Below, piece by piece: positions 24,189-35,154 of a DNA stretch of 64,000 bases; the first letter of the stretch is position 1; the number at the start of each line of letters is the position of its first letter. The position numbers were made by a program, and so were the translations under genes. The notes under the pieces were generated by a model. It saw only the letters and a program-made list of their open reading frames with translations. It did no database searches and was not told the origin of the DNA. The DNA is from Anthoceros angustus (lineage: Eukaryota > Plantae > Anthocerotophyta), in the NCBI GenBank assembly GCA_010909165.1, contig VJWM01000103.1, positions 744,001 through 808,000 on the forward strand, read 5' to 3'.

Positions 24189-24757
24189 AGAACGAATTAC
24201 GTACTGTCTGAATTGTGAAGTGTTTCCAGATTGTGTACAAGTCCCCCGAGCGCTGATCACAGCGTTCCATCAATGCCATCGGTCTGGCTTGCTCGGCCTG
24301 ATGGCGATCTGTACTGGTTACTCTGGACCTCGGTCACGAATGGAATGTAGAATGCTGGGCAAGTTGCCCACGATTTCCTGGCCGCCACTTTGCCGTCTAA
24401 AGCAGTCGCCTCGGGCGGGAAAGCCGCCTTCATTTCGCTCCCCCTTTTAAGAGCGGGCTGTAGTAATTTAACCGCTGTGCGTAGGCTTCTGGATTCCCGG
24501 CCCTGGATTCGCGGTTTTTCTCCTTATGCGCAAACACGCCAGTCCACCCTACATGTGCAAACTCCCATATCCAATTTTTACGTATCCAACTTACGTATAT
24601 TGTTGGAAAATTGTAGATTTTTTGTGGTGGTTCACTTAGCTGTATAAATCTGCCTCTTCATCTTCCTGAAAAGAATGTATATACCAGCTACCTTTAATGC
24701 CCAATAAAAATGATTATTTAATTTTTATAAAAATTAAATTGATAATTTTAATTATAC

Positions 24758-24760
<3 letters not shown>

Positions 24761-24792
<32 letters not shown>
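24761..24792. repeat. (TAA)n microsatellite within an AT-rich island (~24690-25110)
   Basis: About 11 TAA units visible; the flanks are far more AT-rich than the neighbouring genes. Confidence 0.9.
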
Positions 24793-25611
24793 GATAAGTA
24801 TTTTACTAAAAGTTATTACATATTGTTGATGTTGGTAGGTTACTCATGTACCCTATGGGAGATAAAGGAGTCTCGTGTGTTTGCATAATCGTAGTGAAGG
24901 TGACACGAAGTTATGCGTTTGCCTAGCCATATATTTTATCTTAGCATAACATTAGTGCAGTTGTGCTAAGAGTTGGAATGTTATCTCCAGCATTCTTTTT
25001 GATTAACCATGCAATGAAGGAATGTATATTATATAAAATATCTAGATTTAAATTATAATTTTTATAGATTAAATATATTTTATTATTTATTAATATTGAT
25101 AAATTTATGAAAACTGTTCTTATGCATATGTGGGGATAAGGGGCATTTCTTTAACTACATGCAACCGTAGAGAACTTCTGGCTGGCTAACTTTGGAAGGT
25201 CATGCGCGGGTTGGCACGCTTACTTGGTCTCCCCACATGCGCTTTGGATCAGGCAAGTGGAATGCTTCATGTCGAGAAATGCCCCTAGAAGGATAGAATT
25301 GGTTCTCCCCACACCAAAGCAAGCTTATCCCAATATATCTCTATGAATCTGCTTGCACAGTTGCATCTCTTTCCTCTGGCACATAGTGAAAGAGAATACC
25401 ACTTGGGACTGAGACTAAGAGAACCCTGACTTGAAATGGAGCGGGCCGAAGAGCACGATATTGCATATCCAGGATTCCCGCAGCTAGTTGCCGCAAGAAG
25501 AGTTATGACAGAAGTGGATAGGGACGATCGCAAAGGACGTATCACAATTTGCACTATACTGCCGTACAGGCCCTCTCTGGGTTGGTCGGATGGAAAGGGG
25601 TAGGGGTGCGG

Positions 25612-26268
25612 CTAGGCCATTTCCTCCTCGAGGTGCCGGCTATGCTTGTCGTGGGGCAGAACGTTGCCGAACGCGGCGGTGAGGAGGTCGGGCGGGAGCG
25701 CACTGAGCACGGTGGGGAGGTTGAACACGCCCGAGTTCTGGCTGTTGAGGGTGGCGATGGCGGTGGCCCTGGTGCTGCCGACATTGCGCTGGTAGTGCAC
25801 CAGGCCTCTGGGGAACACGAACACCTCTCCCTTGTTCACAACCTCCTTGTACAGGGTGTAGCCGTTTGCGACGAAGGCCACCTCGATGCTGCCGTCAACC
25901 ACGTAGAAAATCTCCGTGGCGCGAGGGTGGATGTGCGGCGGATTGAATCCGCCCACTCTGAAGTCCACCCGCGCGGCCGCCACTCCCAGCGTGTTCACCC
26001 CGGGGAAGAACTGCGCCGAGCCCGGCATCACCGCCACCCCGGTGGTCGTGTTGGTCGGATCCAGCCCGTTCACGAACGCTGAGTACTTGAAGTCGGACGC
26101 CTTCACCTCCGCCACCGGCTTGCACGGGAAGCCGTTCACCGTGCTCCCCGCAAACGGATTGGACGCCACGCAGAAATCCTGCAGCGGGTCCTCGTCCGCG
26201 GCTCGGGCCGGAGCCGCCATCGCCGCGGCCACCAGCAGCAGCGTCAGCAGTGTCATCGCCCTCGCCAT
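25612..26268 (-). CDS. Germin-like protein (cupin), secreted, intronless, 218 aa; close paralogue of 21506-22165
   Basis: MARAMTLLTLLLVAAAMAAPARA-ADEDPLQDFCVA...GGFNPPHIHPRATE...FPRGLVHYQRN...EEEMA*. Confidence 0.97.
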   Translation of the reverse strand: MARAMTLLTLLLVAAAMAAPARAADEDPLQDFCVASNPFAGSTVNGFPCKPVAEVKASDFKYSAFVNGLDPTNTTTGVAVMPGSAQFFPGVNTLGVAAARVDFRVGGFNPPHIHPRATEIFYVVDGSIEVAFVANGYTLYKEVVNKGEVFVFPRGLVHYQRNVGSTRATAIATLNSQNSGVFNLPTVLSALPPDLLTAAFGNVLPHDKHSRHLEEEMA

Positions 26269-26357
26269 GGTCACGCGCAGCGGTGGAAGCGGGATGGTGG
26301 AATGTGGATGTTGGATGTGCGAATGTCCTAATGTTCCCCGTTTTAATACTGGCCTGT

Positions 26358-26495
26358 AATAACGGAGCCATAGCCCCACAAATAACGGAGCCATAGCCCC
26401 ACAAATAATGGAGCCATAGCCCCACAAATAATGGAGCCATAGCCCCGCAAATAATGGAGCCATAGCCCCGCAAATAATGGAGCCATAGCCCCACA
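26358..26495. repeat. 23-bp minisatellite x6 (AATAAYGGAGCCATAGCCCCRCA) in the germin-2 promoter
   Basis: Six contiguous units with no spacers, directly upstream of a TATA-like TATTAAAA (minus strand, 26341-26348). Confidence 0.95.
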
Positions 26496-26962
26496 AACTG
26501 CCGTAAGCTATAAAAATAGGCTGCTCCTTCTGCGTCCTTTCTCCTTACCCAAAGGGCGATTCGCATGGCGATCGGTTTGGCCAGTAATGACCGACACATA
26601 GGCAGTTTTGCGCTTAGTTATGACCTCCGGTGGGCAGTGAATTCGACCATACTTGGGGGAAGGGCACGATACACGGAGTTTAGGGGGGCTTCCCGCATGG
26701 GGACGTGGCACCGGTCACCCGATAACCGAGTTAGTGGGTTGTTTGACGACCCACGCAGGTTTTGGCCGGTCAGGCAAATAGATGGGCAAGTCGCATGCTC
26801 AGGAGACCGGGAACCTGACTTAACTCTAGTGCAGCCTACATGTGCGAGGCAACCAAGTCAAAAGATTCTTCAAGGGTTCGGTCCTGGGCCCACCCGTGCT
26901 TGTCCTCGGGTGACGTGGGCATCTTTGGCCATCTATGCAAGTAGCCTGGTTCGGTCAGAAGT

Positions 26963-29937
26963 CTACAGCTTCCATAGGATGTCATTGGCGCGGAGGGCGC
27001 CGGCCACCACACCCCAACAAACGATTTCGAACAACACGTAGGCCAACTTGGCGGATCTTGGAGACGGGAACGTGTTCTGGAAAAAGTCTCGCTCCACGAG
27101 ACTGACCTGTGGCCACATGACAACGCTCCGGTTCAGAACCAGTCTGGCGACCGTGTTTCAGAACGGCTAAGGTTTCGCATGCCATGGCCCATGCTCCTGT
27201 ATGTAAGTCACCTGTAGAGAAGGAACACACGGTAGTTCTGTCTAAGAATCGAACAGGCCAGACTTCTCGTCCCTCCCTATGGAACGAGAGCGGTGGGTTG
27301 GAAGGTTGGACGCACCAGGTTGTTTTCAGGTGATGCCCAGAAGAAGCCTTGCAGGAAGGCAACGATGACGCCGCAGGCCGCCAGCACGTATATCACTAAC
27401 GAGTTCATTCCCATCCACTCGAGCAACAGGGTTGGCTTTCTCCACCGGTAGACATCAACCTGCCCAGCAGCGGTGCCAGTTAGGGGTTGTGTCTGATCGG
27501 TTTGCCGACGGAGTTTGGAAATCTCGCAGGTAAGAGATACTACCAGGACGTAAAGTGAGGAGAACACCAGGCCGGCAGCACCAGCTGTGAGGAGGACGTA
27601 GCTGAAACTGTACAGAGGCTTGTTTAGGGGCATTCCTGTCGAAAAGTGGTTGTAGTGAGCTGGAGGTCACTTCGGTTGGGAGTGCGCGAACTTCTGAAGG
27701 TATTGGATGTTACCTAGGAAATGTAGAATTGCTCCGACAGCAACAAGACCGAGCGCTGGTGCCGTCCACTGCCAGATCCTTGCTTTGTGACCCTAAAATC
27801 ATCACAAACGTGACATTTCATAAGGCATCAAGACCTTGCTTCATGTATATCATGCACGTCCTGGAACTGTAGTACGGGTTGACAGCATTTCCCACCCTGA
27901 AATGGACCAGAACGTGCCCATAATGTAGACCGATGAAGCAGCTCCCTATCGCAGAGATGGAACTACAAACACATGCGTAACAACCACATAAGTAAGACCG
28001 AAGCACCAGACTGCCCAAGCAAGAAGTGAGTCGTGACTACGTCGAACGAAATGGTCAAAACACACAACCCACCTGAGGAGACCCTCTGGGTCAAAAGGAG
28101 CTTGACACCAAGCTGGTGCATCAGGGGGTGGTGGACCATAGTCTGGGGAGTTTATGCTACAAGCCTGCACAGTCAGCCGGCCATTTCGCACTCAGTAGTG
28201 TAACATGGGGAGAAGAAAATGAGAGTAAGTGCTTCACCTGTACCTTAGTTCTTTTGTACACAGGATTGTGATAAAGATGATTGGAGCCAAGAACAAGACG
28301 GTCGATATACCCAACTGCATTACAAGCTGGTCCAACATCACCTCGAACACCACACCTCACCTACAAGCCACACAGTCCATTTTGAGTGAACAGAGCAGTA
28401 ATTCCCATACTCCCTTCCGAAGCATCTTCATGCTTGATGGAATCAATGACAGGATGAAAACTTGTACCGTAAGCAACTGACTAGCCACTAGATCTGTCGT
28501 CTGGAACGTCCAATCAGGCACATACAATCCATACATCAGAGCAAGATAGATTATTATCACTGCCAGATATACAACCCTGTATGAAATATGAAAAAAATGA
28601 GCGTCAATGGCAAAACCCAGACCATCGCCAACTTTGTACCCTGCGCTCAGAACAAAAGGATTGTATTTATCGTGTTATAATGCAGTGGCAGACCGTGTGA
28701 TCATGAAATGTGAAACCAACCAGTGGCAAGAGTAGCTGTCGAAAACGTCTAGAAAATTACGAGGCGCAACAGGTTTTCTGACCAACCAAATCTCACAGAG
28801 TGCCACCACCATATAGGCTAATGCTATTCTCTGCAAAAGGTGGACTGCTTGAAGTCAGCCAATTTCCAGTCAGCCGAGCTAACGACACTGGGGAAATGCA
28901 AAGGGATGACTAATAGACATTATTATCAGATGAAGAAAGACCTGCAGAATGCCACACCATCGCAAGGAGAGTATGTCAACGCCATAAGTGAGGTCGTTAA
29001 TCCCATGGTAGTATCCACCTGACATCAGACATTTTATGAAGAAAGCATCAGCCCTGACGGGACTGACAACACACTTTTCTCAAGTACACATACGAGAGCA
29101 GACACTTTGGAGGCATCCACAGGTCTAACAAGACCTACGCCTACCTTGTAAGAGGACTCCTAGGGCCAAAAGTTTCAGAGATCGTAGTAAGGCCTTTCTG
29201 GTGGCCGCCTCCTTGTCCTGGACCCTCTGCTCGTGATCAAAAGCAGTGATACCACGTACACAAGCTGTGAACCATGGGAATCAAGGTTCGAAGCAAAACG
29301 CAGGGCATTCTTGATCTTACGAGGTATACCTTGTAAGTCAGAGCCATGGCAACTCCAACTATGAAAAGAAAGAATGGCATCACAAAATCTGCCAGTGTTA
29401 GGTTGTCCCAAGGAGAATGGTTGATAGCAGGCCATAGTCCTCCAGCATCATCCACCAAAATCATAACCTGGACGAGCACAATGCAAGCCACCCAGTTAGT
29501 TAAGGCTTCCAGCTCTGTCACCTGCACCTGCGCTGCATATCAAAAAATTGGCACCTTGTCGGAAAGAAATGCACCTGACTGCTACATGTGGGTTATTGCA
29601 AATTCATCCTCAAAGCAATCAAAGCATTTCGTAAGTCAAGAACCCCAGCCCCTCGTTTGCCTCTATTTTCGAGAGGAAATGCTCCTGGTCTAGTGGCATA
29701 ATTGGTTGAATTCGTTCACCATACCGCAATGGTGAGACCTCGGAAAACATCCAACGACGCCAGCCGCTCCCTGCTCCCTGCGTCCACACCCCCTTGTAGC
29801 AAAGGCTGTTGCAAGATAACGTTCTCGTCACAGGTAACTGCGCTAGGCTCCACGCTTTCAATGTCGTTCCCGATATCCGAAGGCTCAGGCAGCTGCGCCT
29901 TTTCCGCGCCATCTCGGAAGCCATGCTCTCGCCCCAT
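26963..29937 (-). CDS. HGSNAT-like membrane acetyltransferase, paralogue 2, multi-exon
   Basis: MGREHGF...RERLASLDVFRGLTIA, MILVDDAGGLWPAINHSPWDNLTLADFVMPFFLFIVG, CGVRGDVGPACNAVGYIDR, WCQAPFDPEGLL, PLNKPLYSFSY, WMGMNSL; last exon ...AYVLFEIVCWGVVAGALRANDILWKL* (stop 26963). Confidence 0.93.
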
Positions 29938-30015
29938 GGCCTGCAGAGGAATGCTTCCAAAATCCGGCGTCCACGAAAAAGAACCAAACGTCCAATTACT
30001 CTTTTCCTTGAGGAG

Positions 30016-30267
30016 CTTGGAAATATGCCCATCTTCGCTGAACTTACATCTTGTCATTGCCCATCAGCTAGAAGAGCCATCCACCGGCAGGCATCCCCTT
30101 TGCTACATTTGGGGAAGGGCGCAGGAAGGAGTACAGCTCCAAGAAACCGTGATAACAGCACCTCCCACGGGAACGAAACACCTGGAACACAAGAAGTCCT
30201 ATGGAGGGGAACTCCAGGTGCCTCGTTTAAAGCCAGCTGAAGGACAAGAGTACCGTGCCCCATGGCA
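30016..30267 (+). repeat. Diverged copy of the cyclophilin/SOUL intergenic segment 32183-32432
   Basis: Colinear alignment of ~250 nt (e.g. CAGCTCCAAGAAACCGTGATAACAGC is identical), ending at the SOUL start context CCATGGCA. Confidence 0.9.
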
Positions 30268-30268
30268 G

Positions 30269-30373
30269 GCAGACTCATGAATTCAAGATCCCTAGCAGCT
30301 ACAGGTTCTTTGACGACCTGCGTTTCAAGAACCAATACATGCACACATGCCTTCGACGCTTCTGGAGCAAACT
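30269..30373 (-). pseudogene. 105-bp captured fragment of a DExH helicase exon (source 41762-41866)
   Basis: Gap-free alignment with 16 mismatches in 105 nt (85%). FAPEASKACVHVLVLETQVVKEPVAARDLEFMSL vs [34 protein letters not shown]. Confidence 0.9.
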
Positions 30374-30529
30374 CGAGTCTGGAACAAATGCCCACTTCAG
30401 TGAACGGCACCAGGTATTGACCAGTACGTCTTGCTGAAGTTCTCGAGAAGGCAGAGCAACCGTATGCTGCTAGAGAATTTTGATTAATCATGAAGATGCT
30501 ACTTACACAAAGCGTGTAGAATAACTGCC

Positions 30530-31932
30530 CTACATCTCCCCACATTCAGCTATAGTACAGGCAAGCTTTGGCCGATTGTTCGGTCCTGTTTGCACATTCT
30601 CTATCTTTCTGACCACTAGAAGACCTTCTCCCAAAACCCTCTGCACAGTACACAACACACTAATTGTCAAGAACTGTCCCAAAAGCTGAAGGGGGAACAG
30701 AATCCTTGCTGTGAACCATGACCAGTTTCGTGCCTAGACTCACCCCAAAAACAACATGTTTGTTGTCCAACCATTCACACTTTGAGCAGGTTATGAAAAA
30801 CTGTAGAAGATCAATTAAGTCAGAAGAGCAGGGAAGCATTGAGTATTGAAAAATATAGCGGTCAGTTGAAATTCATCGTCAGTCAAATTGAAGACTGCAA
30901 CTAGTGACCGGAGCAAAACACTAACCTGACAGCCATTAGTTGAAGGCCCACTGTTTGCCTGAGGACAAGGTGCGATCTACTTAACCCCAGACCATGGCAG
31001 AAGTGCAGCCGAGACATGAAAACTCCTCAGGAACTATGAAAACCAAATAGAACCCATACCATAGAGAGCAGACCCGGGCCAGTATGTTTTGCGATGAAGT
31101 TTTCATCCTCAAACTTGCTACCATATATGCTCACACATCCACTGCCGTCTCCCTGCAAGCAACCCCACAGAGAGCTCGTAATGCCAACTCCCTCCGCCCT
31201 TGTAAGGCCAGCCGTGCTTTATGACATTTTCAAGCTTCAAAAATGACAGTACAGAAAAGGGTAGATCAAGACCTTGATAAAGTCGCCACCTTGTACCATG
31301 AAGTCTTTGATTATTCGGTGGAAAAGACAGCCCTTGTATCCAATGGGAATACCAGCCTTCCTGCATACAGATCCAAATGCCTTCACTGTAAAGGATGCCT
31401 CAAGCTGGCAAAAGAAACTCCTGAACAACTCTTCATTCAAGATATGGAGTTGGTTACAAAAACGTACAGGCACTGGATGATGTGTACCTGTATTCACCCG
31501 TGCAGAACCGCCTACATACCAGCAGGAAGAAGACATCAGCTAGCTGCCACTGGCAAGCGCAAGCTCATTACCAGCGACCTGTAGCAGCAAATAAAGGAAG
31601 TGCTCAACACGTCTGCACCATTCCCTTCGACTGGGAAAATCCATGCAGGAGCATCTCAACCTAGACCTAATCTCCCCCAACCCCTGCCGACCCCAGATAC
31701 GCAACAACTCACAACAAGGAAGCAAGAACATGCAGCGCTGAAGCTCGAAAGTGTCCAAAAAATGATTAACAAACCTAAAATTTTCGGCAGTGCGAGGCAC
31801 GATGTCGGCAAAGAGCTCTATTTTGATGCGGCCGGCGGGAAGGCTACCAATGGTAACATCGAAGAAGACCACGGGATTCTTGGGGTTAGGCGTGCGAAGA
31901 TGCCATTCCGGCACTGCTGGAGCCGTTGCCAT
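30530..31932 (-). CDS. PPIH: Cyclophilin-type peptidyl-prolyl cis-trans isomerase (PPIH / CYP22 type), ~7 exons
   Basis: [53 protein letters not shown]|...[15 protein letters not shown]...[18 protein letters not shown]|[11 protein letters not shown]|[19 protein letters not shown]|RVLGEGLL...AECGEM*. Confidence 0.93.
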
Positions 31933-32426
31933 TGCCTGCAAACCAAGGCTGGCGTGCAACAACGTCTTCCAGCTCAAACCTTGCGGTCAGCTGAAGGCCA
32001 CAATCCTCAATGACCAAGCTCGAGACGGCCGTATCAAATTGGCTTCGCGAGCCTGTTGGCAAAATTTAACCAAAACTTTAAATAAGGGCAAAGGCAACCA
32101 GTGTGCATAGTAAACGTTGTCCTTTCCGCTTTCAAATCAGCCATGCCTTCAGCTGCTGGGAGCTGGTCCCATGGCGACGGACCTTGGAAGTACGCCCACC
32201 AATGCCCCCTGAACTCACATCTGGTCATTGCCCATCAGCACGAAGAGCCATACACCGCAGACAGGCATTCACTTCGCTACATTTGGAAAAGGGCGCAGGA
32301 AAGAACCCAGCTCCAAGAAACCGTGATAACAGCCCCTCCAACGGGAACGAGACACCTGGTTCACAAGAATTCTATCGGGCGCCTCTTTTTGAGGCCAGCT
32401 GACGGACGGGAGTACCAACCGTGCCC

Positions 32427-34073
32427 ATGGCATCTTCCTTAGGCAGCGGCTTCGCTCCCTCTACAACCTCCACAGCCTCTGCTGCCTGCTCTCAGTTTTG
32501 GGGTGGGCAAGTGCGTCTCCCAGACTTTCCGAGGTGCTTGCCAGCGGGCAGGAGTAAGATAGTGCGAGCAGCTTCCTTGTCGGAGGATGCCCGCATTTCG
32601 CTCTTACAGGCGCTCTCCACGCAGATTGCAAGCCGCACTCAACAAGGTAGCAGAACTGACGCGTTGGGCACAAGCAATCTGACCTCCCAGTTCTTCAATT
32701 TGGATTCGGTGGAGAACTGGCAATTCTTGCATATTACTTGAGATGCTCTGCAAGTCAATTCAAGAGCAGGCTATGGGCGGTTGCTCTCTGGCATGGAGCT
32801 ATACTAAGACTGTGAACTGCACGGATGCTTTAGTTGTGGAGCAACTCGCCAAGGAGGCTGTGAAATATGTGAATCCTAGAAGCGGTGATGCGAGAAGTTT
32901 GGAGGAGGCACTGATGACTGGTACCCACTCTTGCCCCACCTTCAAATGCAAACATGGTAGGCACGGATTGTGCTTTTATTCTACTCTGGTCGGAGCTGAA
33001 CGGTGGCTTTCTTGGATCCTGTTTGCCCAGTTCCCGACCTCGAGACCATTCCCTATCGAGTGCTTCGGAGGGAGAGAGAGTATGAGATCCGAGAAGTGGA
33101 GGTATCACTGACCTGACACTGCGTCTGGCTGCAGTTTCGCAAGTGTGTGAGCGCTCTCAACATTTTCCACCACAATGGTTTCAATGGCTCCTGCAGTCTT
33201 ACGTCTTGGCAGAGACATCTATGCCAGGAACGCGAGGATTTGATTTTTTTGGATCGTCACAGGGGTTTAACACTCTGGCTGACTATCTTTTCGGCAAGGT
33301 ATGCTATGCTGCCCATGTGACTGACCAAGCAGAACATCCCCTTGCTTATGTGCATTACTCCTCATCTCCCCCGACGAGCATCGTTGTATCGCAGAACAAA
33401 CGTCGAGAGAAGATGGAGATGACGACACCAGTAATTGTGAGAGGATCCGGTCGAGGTGAGCGAATGGAAATGACGACGCCAGTGATTTCTCGTCAGGTTA
33501 AACATCTTTAAACCCTGAAAATCTCTTTCATGGCAAGTCACAGTTTAGGCCGCTCTGCTCAGCGGAATGGAACGCTGATGCAGGCAGGCGACAGGAGTCG
33601 ATGGAAGATGTCGTTTGTGATACCTTCCAAATACAATGAGAGCAATCTGCCCGTTCCAGAGGACTCTCGAGTAGAAACACGCAGGGTGCCTGCTAGGATC
33701 GTCGCTGCGGTAGCTTTCTCAGGTTGGCTAGTTTCAGTTGTACTTGGGTATTGTCACCATCAAGATATGTCTGCTTGCTTAGATCTGCGGTGTGCAGGTT
33801 TTGTAACTGATGACGAAGTCTTGCGAAGAGAGCGCGCACTGAGGAAAGCTCTTCAGAGTGACAATGGAGTGCGTGTCACAAACTTCGCAGTTCCTGAGGT
33901 CGCTCAGGTAAGTACCCCTTAAGATCTACCTACTTACTTTCCAGGTGTTTCGTTGCAGCTGTCCTAGGAAACTTAGGATGTACATGCCATCGGTTTTGCA
34001 GTACAATGATCCTTTCACACCCCCATTTCTTCGCCGGAATGAGATATATCTGGAAGTGGAGCTCAAGGATTGA
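32427..34073 (+). CDS. SOUL family haem-binding protein, probably plastid-targeted, multi-exon
   Basis: Ser/Ala-rich transit-like N-terminus; VPDLETIPYRVL, GFNTLADYLFGK, duplicated KMEMTTPV/RMEMTTPV, WKMSFVIP, VAAVAFSG, VAQ|YNDPFTPPFLRRNEI...KD*. Confidence 0.95.
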
Positions 34074-34094
34074 GCTTAACAAGCAGCCTTGTAT

Positions 34095-34286
34095 GAAGAA
34101 GAAGAACATATCATGGTCCACTTGGACGAATTTTCCGTGTCATGGACTTGGTACTTAACAACTTATGCCATGGTGTGCCCAAGCTACTTCACCAAGGGCA
34201 TCTACTCCCTTTAGGCACCCCATCTAAGTACCGGATGCTTAATAATTACGTTCTTATAAATGTGTGTCCATTTGGTTAAGCCATTT
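34095..34286 (-). repeat. Intact copy of the ~200-bp dispersed repeat with a (TTC)n tail
   Basis: Its reverse complement equals 10747-10916 joined to 19985-20029 with a single GAAAA, i.e. the empty-site version. Confidence 0.8.
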
Positions 34287-35154
34287 AGACACACATGACA
34301 GAACGTCGAAATCTCGGGTGTCCTCTAGCGACTCTCTTAGAAAGGACCTGGAATTTCTATGTGTGATAGATCTGACGGTGTGATAGATCTCGTCAGCGAA
34401 AGTCCTACAAACATACATACTATCACGCGCAGTGTTTACAAATTGGTTGTCTACCTATTAGGTCGTCTATCTATTACGTCTCTCCACGGTTTTCAAAAGA
34501 GTCCAAAGAAGTTTTGGTCAAAATATTTTCAACTTTTCATCATAGGTTAATAGGAGATACGAGGTTAAGTTTTCACTAATCTTGCAAGCGGGCAATGTGC
34601 CATTCTCCATTCTCGGGCATGTATTGGACTTCCCTCAAGCATATTCTCCATTCTCGAGCATGTATTGGACTTCTCTCAAACATTGTGCACATCGTAGCAT
34701 CCTTTTCCCTTGCCTTAGATACCAACTACTATTGACAAGCCGCCATCGCTACGATATTTTGTACTTGGCATAATCCTTTTAACACATCCTGCCAATCGCC
34801 ACATATTTATTATCAAAACCATCTGCCGATGACTACCCTCATGCAAATATTATTCCTCCTTCACTAGTAGAAAAGGACAATTTATATTATATTCGATGTT
34901 GTAATGTTGGACCTTTTTTGGGGTCTTTATGTTACAAATTTGGGTTTTTGTTGCACGTTCTAGAATGAGAGAAATAAAGCCCACCTTTCCTCATTTTGTA
35001 CTTTCTTTAGTTGGTTTTGCATTCATGTTATATTTCTCTTTCCAAAATTGCAACATTAGTGTAAACACTGTAGTACAATGTTTCACTTGCTGTAATTTGG
35101 CCCTGGACCAAGCCTCCAAGCCTTGTTATTAGTAGATATTGTTTATGGCTTCTA

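Noticed and set aside
26358-26495. 23-bp direct repeats as a CRISPR array
   Set aside because: Units are contiguous with no unique spacers, there are no cas genes, and the context is eukaryotic. It is a minisatellite.
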